This document shows, one piece after another, positions 30,373 to 39,035 of a stretch of 48,260 nt of DNA. Below the pieces are notes generated by a model. The model did no database searches. It saw only the letters and a program-made list of their open reading frames with translations, and had not been told where the DNA came from. The translations under genes were made by a program, and so were the position numbers. This stretch comes from Verrucomicrobiota bacterium (GTDB lineage: Bacteria; Verrucomicrobiota; Verrucomicrobiia; Opitutales; Seribacteraceae). The DNA is taken from assembly GCA_027593365.1 (NCBI GenBank), contig JAQCIX010000001.1, positions 1 to 48,260 on the forward strand. Direction: 5' to 3'. Numbering within the stretch: position 1 is the stretch's first letter; the number at the start of each line of letters is the position of its first letter.

Positions 30373-32400
30373 ATGGGTACAAATTCCCCATATTGTGCCT
30401 CCCGTTTTTCTTCGGTTCGAAGACGCTCCAAAATCGTACAAATTGGACATGTAGGTATCGGGGGAACCAATCCCGTCCGCATCCAATCGATGACCACAAC
30501 CGATACATTAGATGTTCAGGCAACCGTAAACCAAACTCTACAATTAGCCGAAGCAGGCTGTGAAATTGTTCGAATCACAGCCCCAAATGTCCGTGCCGCT
30601 GAAGCCCTCAAAGAGATCGCCCAAAGAGTACGGGCTGCGAAGGTGGATATCCCCCTCGTTGCAGATATCCACTTCATGCCCAACGCGGCCATGGAAGCTG
30701 CTCAATGGGTCGAAAAAGTGCGGATAAACCCCGGTAACTACGCAGACCGTAAAAAATTTCAATCGAGAGAATACTCTGACTCTGAGTATGAGGAAGAGCT
30801 GGAAAGATTGCACGATGCCTTTACGCCCCTTGTTCTTCGGTGTAAAGAGCTTGGACGGACTATGAGAATTGGGACAAATCATGGTTCTTTATCGGATCGA
30901 ATCATGAACCGCTTCGGAGATTCTCCGAAAGGAATGGCTGAATCCGCTCTTGAATTTTTGCGGATCGCGGAAAGTCACGGATACCAAGACATGGTGCTCT
31001 CCATGAAATCGAGTAATCCTAAGGTTATGATTGAAGCTTATCGCTTGGTTGTTTCTATGATGTCGGAAGAAAAAATGGATTACCCCCTTCATCTTGGTGT
31101 AACCGAAGCTGGAGACGGCGAAGATGCTCGGATTAAGAGTGCCATTGGTATTGGCTCTCTCCTTTTAGATGGACTAGGGGATACCCTCCGAGTTTCTCTG
31201 ACTGAAGACCCAGTTGCAGAAATTCCCGTTGCACAAGATCTTGCAAAGCGTGCGGAATATTGGTGGCAAAAAAGGGATGACTCCATAGAGGAACTCCCCG
31301 AGTCGATTGATTTTTATCAATTTGCACGACGTCCCACCCCGAACATTTCCTTTCTTCGCAGTAAACTATCGATTGGTGTATCTCATGTGCCGGCCGTTTT
31401 GGCATGTCCGACACACCCGGTTTCTGAAACTGGTTCAATCATTCAGGAATTCGCAAAAGTTCAAACATCTGCAAAAGACTCTCCAGTGGAAGGACTGATT
31501 ATTAGGATTTCATCCTCCGATGACTTACCTTTTTTACAAATACTCAGACAGAACCTCTTTGGTGCACTTCCCCTATTGGTTATAGATGATCTACGGGAAG
31601 ATCCATCATTGGACCTGCCAAAAAATCAACCGCACTCACCCTATCTTCTCTGGAATGCCCGCAACCTTTCCTCTGATTCAGCATCTTATGCCAGATTTCT
31701 TGCACATTGTGAAGCGGCAGGTCATCAACCTGGACTGGCAATCGATCCCAGTCACCTTGATACGGAAATTCTTTTTCTTCTTAAAAATTTAACCACATCG
31801 CCAGTATTGTCTCTTCGATCCGGTCCGAAAATGAATTCAGTGTTTGCTTATCGTAAACTCTGTGCCTTGTTAGATCTCCAAGATCTTAAACTACCAATTT
31901 GGATTAGGAATGTGGAAGAAAACTTACTCTTTCCTGAAGATCGCTTTTTCTCTTCTCTGTTACTGGACACCTCTATCTTGAGTGGATCTCTGCTTTGTGA
32001 CGGAATAGGAGACATGATTTCGGTTGAACATACCGGAAACCTAGACCGAAACCGTGCACTCGCTTACAACACCCTTCAAGGTGCCCGAGCCCGTATTTCT
32101 AAAACTGAATTTGTGGCATGCCCTAGTTGTGGTCGGACGCTTTTTGACCTACAAAGTACTACCCAAAGAGTAAAAGAATCCACGAACCACTTGAAGGGAG
32201 TAACCATCGCTGTTATGGGATGCATCGTAAACGGTCCCGGAGAAATGGCAGATGCAGATTTTGGCTACGTGGGCTCAGGACCTGGGAAAATCGATCTCTA
32301 TGTTGGTAAAAATCGTGTGAAATCTGCGATTCCTGAAAGAGATGCGGTTGACCGCTTGGTCGATCTCATTAAAGAACATGGTAAATGGATCGATCCCTAG
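30373..32400 (+). CDS. ispG: HMBPP synthase, long three-domain type
   Basis: IQSMTTT, LVADIHF, RINPGN, HLGVTEAG, CPSCGR...MGCIVNGPGE; 675 aa with a central insertion domain. Confidence 0.97.
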   Translation: MGTNSPYCASRFSSVRRRSKIVQIGHVGIGGTNPVRIQSMTTTDTLDVQATVNQTLQLAEAGCEIVRITAPNVRAAEALKEIAQRVRAAKVDIPLVADIHFMPNAAMEAAQWVEKVRINPGNYADRKKFQSREYSDSEYEEELERLHDAFTPLVLRCKELGRTMRIGTNHGSLSDRIMNRFGDSPKGMAESALEFLRIAESHGYQDMVLSMKSSNPKVMIEAYRLVVSMMSEEKMDYPLHLGVTEAGDGEDARIKSAIGIGSLLLDGLGDTLRVSLTEDPVAEIPVAQDLAKRAEYWWQKRDDSIEELPESIDFYQFARRPTPNISFLRSKLSIGVSHVPAVLACPTHPVSETGSIIQEFAKVQTSAKDSPVEGLIIRISSSDDLPFLQILRQNLFGALPLLVIDDLREDPSLDLPKNQPHSPYLLWNARNLSSDSASYARFLAHCEAAGHQPGLAIDPSHLDTEILFLLKNLTTSPVLSLRSGPKMNSVFAYRKLCALLDLQDLKLPIWIRNVEENLLFPEDRFFSSLLLDTSILSGSLLCDGIGDMISVEHTGNLDRNRALAYNTLQGARARISKTEFVACPSCGRTLFDLQSTTQRVKESTNHLKGVTIAVMGCIVNGPGEMADADFGYVGSGPGKIDLYVGKNRVKSAIPERDAVDRLVDLIKEHGKWIDP

Positions 32401-33236
32401 ACAACCCTCTGCCTGATATCTCTCTGGTAGAACCTCCGCTCAGAAAACGCATTGAAATTGGCTACCAGGCGGTTCTTTCTCAAATAGATTATTTTAGAAA
32501 AAACTTTGGGCTCACCCAAAGTAGTTGGAAACATGATGGCACGCGGGTTACGGAAGTTGATGAAACAATCTCAAAGGAACTTTTTGATCATCTATCCACA
32601 CAATTCCCTTTGGATGACTACTGCTCAGAAGAAGCTGCAGAAGTGGAACAACCCATTCCTTTAAACTCTGAATTCGCATGGGTATTAGATCCGGTAGATG
32701 GAACCAACAATTATGCAGTTGGCATCCCGGAGTGTGGTATATCTCTTGGCCTTCTTCAAAATGGGGTGCCTGTGTATGGTTTTATTTACGATTATGGGCG
32801 AGATAATCTTTTACAAGGTGGGCCGAAAGTGGGTTCTTTCGAGGGCGATAGACCCGTTCAAGCTACGAGAGAATTAGTAAACGAAAAGCTCACTTTTTGC
32901 ATGCATTTCCCGATACCATCCGCTGAGCTCGAATCTCTTAAAGAAGTTTTACAGCAATGGCGTATTCGATGCCCAGGTTCGGCCGCAATGGGTCTGGCCA
33001 ATGTCGCAACTGGCCGGCTCGATGGCTGTTTGGAATACCGAGCTAAGCCTTGGGATTGTGCTGCTGGATATCCAATTTGCGAGGGTGCTGGTGCACGGTT
33101 TTTCTTCCTTGGAGCCCCAGCCTTCCCCATGACTCAATTCAGCCCAAATATGGGGTCCTGCCCATTCAGAGTGGGTTCTGATTTATTTCATAAAGAAATC
33201 TGTAAAGCACTTGAAATAACTTCCTCTCTGGCTTAA
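32385..33236 (+). CDS. inositol monophosphatase family protein
   Basis: SEE, WVLDPVDGTNNY, PWDCAAG. Confidence 0.9.
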   Translation: MDRSLDNPLPDISLVEPPLRKRIEIGYQAVLSQIDYFRKNFGLTQSSWKHDGTRVTEVDETISKELFDHLSTQFPLDDYCSEEAAEVEQPIPLNSEFAWVLDPVDGTNNYAVGIPECGISLGLLQNGVPVYGFIYDYGRDNLLQGGPKVGSFEGDRPVQATRELVNEKLTFCMHFPIPSAELESLKEVLQQWRIRCPGSAAMGLANVATGRLDGCLEYRAKPWDCAAGYPICEGAGARFFFLGAPAFPMTQFSPNMGSCPFRVGSDLFHKEICKALEITSSLA

Positions 33237-33283
33237 ATCAACTTGACCGAACTGCCCACCTGCGGTTTGATATGCCCTCTTAA

Positions 33284-33357
33284 GCGGGCATAGTTTAGGG
33301 GTAAAACCCCAGCCTTCCAAGCTGGTGTCGACGGTTCGATTCCGTCTGCCCGCACCA
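33284..33357 (+). tRNA. tRNA-Gly(TCC)
   Basis: Acceptor stem GCGGGCA/TGCCCGC, anticodon arm CCAGC-CT-TCC-AA-GCTGG, T arm GACGG-TTCGATT-CCGTC, 3' end A-CCA. Confidence 0.97.
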
Positions 33358-33376
33358 TTTCAGCAAAAACGAGCCA

Positions 33377-34135
33377 TCACTTAATTATTTGTTTGATGGC
33401 ACAATCAATCATTTCTTGCTGAGCATTCACTCTTTGGACAAAATTCTCCTCGGAAGGTGTTTCAATGGTAAAGTGCCGCCTACCATGATTTCTCACCAAA
33501 TAAATGGCTTCGGGAATTCCATCCTCTGGCAGGTTACTTAAGCGTGGTCTGATAATTCCCTGTTTGCAAATTCTGCCCTCTATTCTCTTGCGACGATCAA
33601 TAGGAAGAAACTTTTTGCCTGCACGAAGAATTTCACTCGCCACCAAATCATTTCTTCCGCCCAAGTAAGGCTCATAAAGATAGATACCATTTGCATCATA
33701 ATCTTCGTGGAGGGTTAAGGATAAATCAAAAGATAAACCATGCAAACGAGGTAGAATAGCCCTGGTTAGCTCGGAGTCTGCGTCATCCCAAATTCGGTTC
33801 ATATCCTGACCCGATTGATTCGATCTGGTGTTGTTGACCATACCCCATGGATTGAGGCACGGGTAAAGAATTGCGGAAAGCTTCTGAAACAATTTTTTAT
33901 TTTTCCCAACCCACTGAAGAAGAGCCCACGACGATGCGGGCTCATCGCCATGTATGCCAGCAGAGATGTAGAGACTGGGGAGTCCTTCTTTTCCTTGGCA
34001 ATGGGTACGAATCTCAAAAAGTGGGAAATCATCTAAGACAGATATTTCTTGAAGATATAGATCACAGCCAACAAGCAAAGTTTTCCATCGATGCATAAGA
34101 GCTTGATAATTATGCACTGAATAGCTTTGTCTCAT
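33377..34135 (-). CDS. M14 metallocarboxypeptidase / succinylglutamate desuccinylase-like protein
   Basis: ISAGIHGDEPA (HxxE), NPWG, DMNR, LHED, TIETP. Confidence 0.85.
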   Translation of the reverse strand: MRQSYSVHNYQALMHRWKTLLVGCDLYLQEISVLDDFPLFEIRTHCQGKEGLPSLYISAGIHGDEPASSWALLQWVGKNKKLFQKLSAILYPCLNPWGMVNNTRSNQSGQDMNRIWDDADSELTRAILPRLHGLSFDLSLTLHEDYDANGIYLYEPYLGGRNDLVASEILRAGKKFLPIDRRKRIEGRICKQGIIRPRLSNLPEDGIPEAIYLVRNHGRRHFTIETPSEENFVQRVNAQQEMIDCAIKQIIK

Positions 34136-34187
34136 CAGCGAAAGTTAATACTACCTAGTAACATGCCAAACTTTAAAAGATGAGCAG

Positions 34188-34216
34188 TTGACCAAAAGGA
34201 GAATTTTGAATTAGGT
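34188..34216 (+). promoter_or_regulatory. candidate leaderless promoter of the lipoprotein gene
   Basis: TTGACC-N17-TTAGGT, then 7 nt to the GTG. Confidence 0.35.
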
Positions 34217-34223
34217 AATTCTA

Positions 34224-34724
34224 GTGTCTCGCATTGGATATATTTCATTACTCGTTCTTTTTTTAACATCCTGTGGAGGAGGTGGGGTCACCATAACGGA
34301 AAGTAAAACAGTGGAATACTTTTCCAATGCGTTCAGCAAGTCGAAGAAGTGGTTCCGTTCCACAGACGGAGATTACATTTCAGAAGAGGGCCCTCCCCCA
34401 CCATCCTCTTTTCAACCTACCGAGAGACAAGTTTTACAAAGCAGATCGAAACAGAAATCTGGCGAAGGCATGACTAAAAGTGATTACCTGAGAGGGATCA
34501 AGAGGTTAGAAAGCACCATTCCAGAATTAGAAAAAAAATATGGTAAGGATAATAAGGAGGTTGGTGAGACTTACCACACCATTGGTTCAATGTACCTGGA
34601 ACAAGGATTTCCTCGGGAAGCAAAGTCTGCCTTTGAGAAATCGTTAAAAATTCTATCCAAATGGCTGGGCTCGGAACACCCTCGAATCTGGAAACTAAAA
34701 GATAGGATCAAAAAAATAAAATAA
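34224..34724 (+). CDS. lipoprotein with C-terminal tetratricopeptide repeat
   Basis: Lipobox LTS-C; Pro-rich linker; kinesin-light-chain-like TPR (VGETYHTIGSMYLEQG...AKSAFEKSLKI...LGSEHP). Confidence 0.75.
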   Translation: MSRIGYISLLVLFLTSCGGGGVTITESKTVEYFSNAFSKSKKWFRSTDGDYISEEGPPPPSSFQPTERQVLQSRSKQKSGEGMTKSDYLRGIKRLESTIPELEKKYGKDNKEVGETYHTIGSMYLEQGFPREAKSAFEKSLKILSKWLGSEHPRIWKLKDRIKKIK

Positions 34725-34734
34725 CTCTTCTTAT

Positions 34735-35463
34735 TTAACTCTCAAAAAGTTTATCAAGATCTTTGGCCATTAAAGGTGTTGGAGTTTCTAAATCTTTGAG
34801 AATTAAATCCGCCCTGGAAAAATCATGTCCTTGGGCAAATTCGCTAGGAGTAGTGATACAAATCATACCAGCTTCTTTAGCTGCAGTCATTCCATGCCAT
34901 GTATCTTCAAGAACAACGCAAGCATCAGCATCCACGCCTGATCTCTCCGCCACCAATAAATAAATGTCAGGGGAAGGCTTATGCCGACGAGTGGCTTCTC
35001 CTCCACACAAACAGGTCAGAGATTTTAAAAATTTAAACCCGAGAGCAGCTTCCACCACTCGTTCAGCTGCCCATCCGACACAAGCAGTAGCGATGGCAAT
35101 AGGAATATTTTCCTCCCTTAAATCATCAAAGAAACGACGAACCCCTGGCCTTAATGTGAGTTTACCCGTACGTAAGTCCCTTGTAATTAGATCCACATAC
35201 AACTTAGTCTTCTGTTCATATAATCTTTTCTTGGTTTCCTTATATTCTTCTTCTGGTAAGCGAAGCCATGAGAAAACCTCTCGGATCTTATTCCCACCCA
35301 TTGTTTGTAAGCGATCTACATACTCTTGCTTACTCCATTTTCTTGAAAGCCCCAGTTCACTAAAAAGAGCATTATAGGCCATGCGGTGATAATCTTCTGT
35401 CTCAATGATCGTACCATCAAGATCGGAGATAAAAAGTTGAGTTTTTTTAGTCAAATTGAACAA
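34735..35463 (-). CDS. HAD-IA hydrolase, CbbY-like
   Basis: DLDGTIIETE..HRMAYN..F..LGL...W....Y...L...GG cap motif; LRPGV, KPSPDIY, VLEDT. Confidence 0.8.
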   Translation of the reverse strand: MFNLTKKTQLFISDLDGTIIETEDYHRMAYNALFSELGLSRKWSKQEYVDRLQTMGGNKIREVFSWLRLPEEEYKETKKRLYEQKTKLYVDLITRDLRTGKLTLRPGVRRFFDDLREENIPIAIATACVGWAAERVVEAALGFKFLKSLTCLCGGEATRRHKPSPDIYLLVAERSGVDADACVVLEDTWHGMTAAKEAGMICITTPSEFAQGHDFSRADLILKDLETPTPLMAKDLDKLFES

Positions 35464-36827
35464 AGTTCTCGAAATTGATTAAGTTTATCGAGCCTACATG
35501 GATCAATACAAGAAGAGGGGTCGATTGATTTTTTGATCGAAACGAAATCTTTAGCAACATCACCAACTTTTCGATCACAAAAGCCTGCAGCTGCCAAAAT
35601 TGCGGCACCCATGGCAGAATGAGGGTGCTCGGGCACGAGAAAGTTTTTTTGCAAAATATTAGCCCTAATTTGTAAACCAAGATCACTCAATGCCGCCCCA
35701 CCTGTGGCAAATATTTTATCCCCCACAGATGCACCTAATTTTTCTAATAATTCATAACTCAAAAATTCAAGGAAGGCGATGCCCTCAAGACAGCCTAGCA
35801 GATAATCTTTAGCGTCTTTTTTATCTCCCAAAAAGAATGGATTAAATTGAGACGAAAGAAAGGGCAAGCGCTCACCTGTTCGAATCGATGGGTAGACAAG
35901 AGATTTTGGCACGACCTGGCAATCTTGCATAGAAGCTAGGATATTGAGCGAATCTGAATGCTCACGCAGGATTTCTCCCCCCCCATTGGATGCACCACCT
36001 GGCAACCAGTATCCGTCTGGATGTCGATGACAATAAATTCGGCCTTCAGGGTCATGTATCTTTGTCTTCGAAATTCCCTTGATCGCGAGGGTTGTACCAA
36101 TTGTGGTGGACCATTCACCGGGTACGCCTGCACCTGATGCGTAGAATCCTGCATTAGAATCTGTTGACCCACTAACTATTTTTACGGAATGCCCGAGCCT
36201 CCAACGGCTCCGATGACTCTTTTGTAACTCACCAATCATTTTACCAGGTGGCACAACCGATGGAAAACGAACCTCCGGTAAATTAGAAGACCAGCTTCCT
36301 GTGTCCAAGTCTAGACCACTCTTCATCGCGTTGGTGGAATCCGTGGGTAAATCGGTATGCCCAACGAGCCAGCAATTCAGATAATCAGTTGCGTGCAAAA
36401 AAAGAGTCTCGTGGTCTAGTTTGAGATTCGATTGCATCCAAAGAGCTTTGGGCAGAGAGAAGGTTGGAGAGCAAGATCCGCCAAAAACTTGCTTACATTG
36501 CAAAGCTTCTAGTTCAGCACGCACATCATTATGCATCAAGGCATTACCCAAAGGCATGCCATCTTGATTTACCGGAAGAACCGTTCCAGAAGTACTAACA
36601 ACTGCTATGGCCTTCACAGAACGATGCTCAGGTTGGGAAAATAATTCTGAAAGAACATCGTCGAGCAAGGTTATCCACTCGGCAGGGCTCTGCTCTGAAT
36701 GCCCGGGAGCGGTTGATAAATTAATTGCTTTGAGTGGACGGGATAAATCAACAAGGATTTTCCCTGCATCGTTGATCAATAAACAACGAATTCCTCCTGT
36801 GCCTAAGTCTATTCCCAAAAACGCCAT
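35451..36827 (-). CDS. FGGY carbohydrate kinase, D-ribulose kinase-like (SePSK/AtXK1 type)
   Basis: GIDLGT, STSGTVL, NAMKSG, GSTDS, GTTLAIK, YWLPGGASNGGG, GERLPF, LEG. Confidence 0.85.
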   Translation of the reverse strand: MAFLGIDLGTGGIRCLLINDAGKILVDLSRPLKAINLSTAPGHSEQSPAEWITLLDDVLSELFSQPEHRSVKAIAVVSTSGTVLPVNQDGMPLGNALMHNDVRAELEALQCKQVFGGSCSPTFSLPKALWMQSNLKLDHETLFLHATDYLNCWLVGHTDLPTDSTNAMKSGLDLDTGSWSSNLPEVRFPSVVPPGKMIGELQKSHRSRWRLGHSVKIVSGSTDSNAGFYASGAGVPGEWSTTIGTTLAIKGISKTKIHDPEGRIYCHRHPDGYWLPGGASNGGGEILREHSDSLNILASMQDCQVVPKSLVYPSIRTGERLPFLSSQFNPFFLGDKKDAKDYLLGCLEGIAFLEFLSYELLEKLGASVGDKIFATGGAALSDLGLQIRANILQKNFLVPEHPHSAMGAAILAAAGFCDRKVGDVAKDFVSIKKSIDPSSCIDPCRLDKLNQFRELCSI

Positions 36828-36944
36828 AAAATTTAGTCAAATGAAACAATCCTATTCATTTAAAGCAATTGCGTTTCCTGGTAATTCACGATTTGCCCAA
36901 CTTTAAAATTGTTCCGTACCTCTATTGATTGAAATAATTTAATC

Positions 36945-36967
36945 AAAGAACGAACCCGTAAGCTCGC
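36945..36967 (-). terminator. candidate intrinsic terminator/attenuator hairpin
   Basis: Minus strand GCGAGCT-TACG-GGTTCGT followed by TCTTT; UNCG loop; several G-U pairs. Confidence 0.35.
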
Positions 36968-37114
36968 TTAGTCCAATCAAGTTGAAGGGCTAGGTAAATC
37001 CTGTGCAGTTGAGAAATAACTGGCTCATGAAAAATAATTTTCTGACAAAGTTAAGGGATCATATTTAAATTCAAATTGACTTTTGGTGTATTTGTGTATT
37101 TATATAGGTATACT

Positions 37115-37672
37115 ATGAAAAATCGGTTGTCATCTTCATTTGAGTTAGGCGATGTTGTGGTGGAAAGAAATACAGGGGCTGGAAGAAAAAGAGTCGGTGA
37201 GATAGTTTTTATAACCGAAGGGAAAAGACCAAAGCTAAGACTCGTTGAATTGGTACCTAGAAGCTTGAGTCCAAAATTTAGTGGAAACTTCAGCAAGTTA
37301 CGCTACTTCAGCACCCCGCAAGAAAATTGCAGAAGACTGAGCATTTTAAATATTAAGAAACGCAAGGTCTTTCAGCTTGGTGATATCATTCGACACCGCC
37401 GTTATGGAACTTTTCGCTTTGGTATCATTGTTGGCTTTCACCACCCAGATGGTCTTTACAGTGATTCCTGGGAAAAGGGATACAATGGGAAGGATATTAT
37501 CGAATGCGTTGAAATAAGCGGCCGTTCCGGTTTACCACGAAAGCGAGATTCAGATGGAAAAATAACTAAGTTCGAGATTGGTCCTACTCATGTCAAATTG
37601 TGTGAAATTCTTCCCATGGATCAAAATGGTGGTGTTCGAATCAAAGATTATTTTGAATTTATTCATTCCTAG
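37115..37672 (+). CDS. hypothetical basic protein with two tandem SH3/YccV-like beta-barrel repeats
   Basis: Internal repeat FELGDVVVER...VGEIVF...LRLVEL versus FQLGDIIRHRRYG...FGIIVG...IECVEI; ATG 37115 with TTGACT upstream. Confidence 0.65.
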   Translation: MKNRLSSSFELGDVVVERNTGAGRKRVGEIVFITEGKRPKLRLVELVPRSLSPKFSGNFSKLRYFSTPQENCRRLSILNIKKRKVFQLGDIIRHRRYGTFRFGIIVGFHHPDGLYSDSWEKGYNGKDIIECVEISGRSGLPRKRDSDGKITKFEIGPTHVKLCEILPMDQNGGVRIKDYFEFIHS

Positions 37673-37771
37673 GTTCACCTCAGTTTGGATTCTTATTTTA
37701 CTGTATAAGTTTTATAGATAGATCGTCTTTAGTTTTCTTGTATGCGAGTCGATCCATGTTACGATCGACAC

Positions 37772-39034
37772 ATGGTAGGTGTTTTTTGCTTCAGGAACGA
37801 CTTAAGACTCCAAAATAATCATGCCTTGCAGGAAGCTCTCCATGCTTGTGACCTACTCTACTTAGTTTATGTTTTTGAAAATAGGGTATGGAAATCCAAA
37901 GATAGAAAAATCGGATTTCAGAGGGCTAAGTTTTTCCTGCAATCTCTTCTAGATTTGGAAACAAGCATAGCTTCCTACGGAGGTGGTCTATCCTACTTGT
38001 TCGGCAACCTCGAAGATTCAATCCCAAGATTCATGACTGAGGTAAAAGCGGATACTTGCTTTATGTCAGAAGAGAATGCATGGGAGGAACGACAGGCAGA
38101 AAAATCTCTTTCTGAAAAAGTTTCTCTTACAACTTTTTACGATAAAACCTTACTCCATTTAAATGACCTACCTTTTGATTTGAACAAACTCCCTCCTTCC
38201 TTTTCCAAATTTAGAAATACAGTTGAGAAAAACTGGGAAATTCGAACTTACCCTCCATCCCTTAAAGACCAAGATAAGATTTCAAACCGTTCTGGTAGGC
38301 TTCCAACCTTATTCGACTTAAACATTAAAGAGCAAAACATACCTAAAGGATATTTCTCATTCATTGGAGGCTCAACGGAAGGAAGAAAGCGGATGAAAGA
38401 ATGGGTTTGGGATAAAAAGTGTATTTCGACTTACAAAAAAACCCGAAACCAATTAAAAGGGGCGGACTTTTCATCGCGTTTCTCACCATGGATCTCGAAT
38501 GGATGTTTATCTGCAAAAGAGGTCTACCACGAAATCAAAAAATATGAAGCAATACATGGCTCAAATGAAAGCTCCTATTGGTTAATTTTTGAACTTCTTT
38601 GGAGAGATTACTTTCAATTTTTCGCTCGTTTACATGGAATCAAGATTTTTCATTCCTTGGGTCTTTCTCTAGAACAAGTACCCTACCCGGAACCTCCTCA
38701 AGCAGAGTTACTTTTTCTCAGGTGGAAAAACGGCCAAACTTCAAATCGTTTTATAAATGCCAATATGAATGAGTTAAATCAAACAGGTTGGATGAGTAAC
38801 CGGGGGAGGCAAAATGTAGCTTCCTATTTAATATATGACCTGAAGCTAGATTGGAGAAAGGGCGCCCGATGGTTTGAGCAACAATTAATTGATTATGACC
38901 CCTGTAGTAACTACGGGAACTGGCTCTATATTTCAGGATACGGAAGCCCTGCTAAAGAAGTTCGATATTTTAACACGACTATTCAATCCATCATTTATGA
39001 CCCAGTTAGTGAATATACCAACGAATGGACTTAA
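37772..39034 (+). CDS. cryptochrome DASH (photolyase/cryptochrome family)
   Basis: FRNDLRL, YKKTRN, SSRFSPW, FELLWRDYF, WMSNRGRQNVASYL, DYDPCSNYGNW; ATG 37772 preferred over 37742. Confidence 0.9.
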   Translation: MVGVFCFRNDLRLQNNHALQEALHACDLLYLVYVFENRVWKSKDRKIGFQRAKFFLQSLLDLETSIASYGGGLSYLFGNLEDSIPRFMTEVKADTCFMSEENAWEERQAEKSLSEKVSLTTFYDKTLLHLNDLPFDLNKLPPSFSKFRNTVEKNWEIRTYPPSLKDQDKISNRSGRLPTLFDLNIKEQNIPKGYFSFIGGSTEGRKRMKEWVWDKKCISTYKKTRNQLKGADFSSRFSPWISNGCLSAKEVYHEIKKYEAIHGSNESSYWLIFELLWRDYFQFFARLHGIKIFHSLGLSLEQVPYPEPPQAELLFLRWKNGQTSNRFINANMNELNQTGWMSNRGRQNVASYLIYDLKLDWRKGARWFEQQLIDYDPCSNYGNWLYISGYGSPAKEVRYFNTTIQSIIYDPVSEYTNEWT

Positions 39035-39035
39035 C

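Noticed and set aside
31280-32050. Large insertion in IspG as a possible intein or novel domain
   Set aside because: Matches the known three-domain IspG architecture; no intein splice motifs seen
33335-33357. tRNA-Gly 3' end as the att site of a prophage or ICE
   Set aside because: No duplicate of the 3' end, integrase or phage gene seen in the window; only a short TCTGCCCG match near 40479
36985-37023. Resemblance to a cobalamin riboswitch core (AAGGG..AGGTAAATCCT..GCAG..AACTG)
   Set aside because: Lacks the GGGAA, GCNACTGT and B12-box elements, and the flanking genes are not B12-related
37701-37717. Possible E. coli-type SOS box upstream of CRY-DASH
   Set aside because: CTGT-N9-ATAG has the wrong spacing and a mismatch
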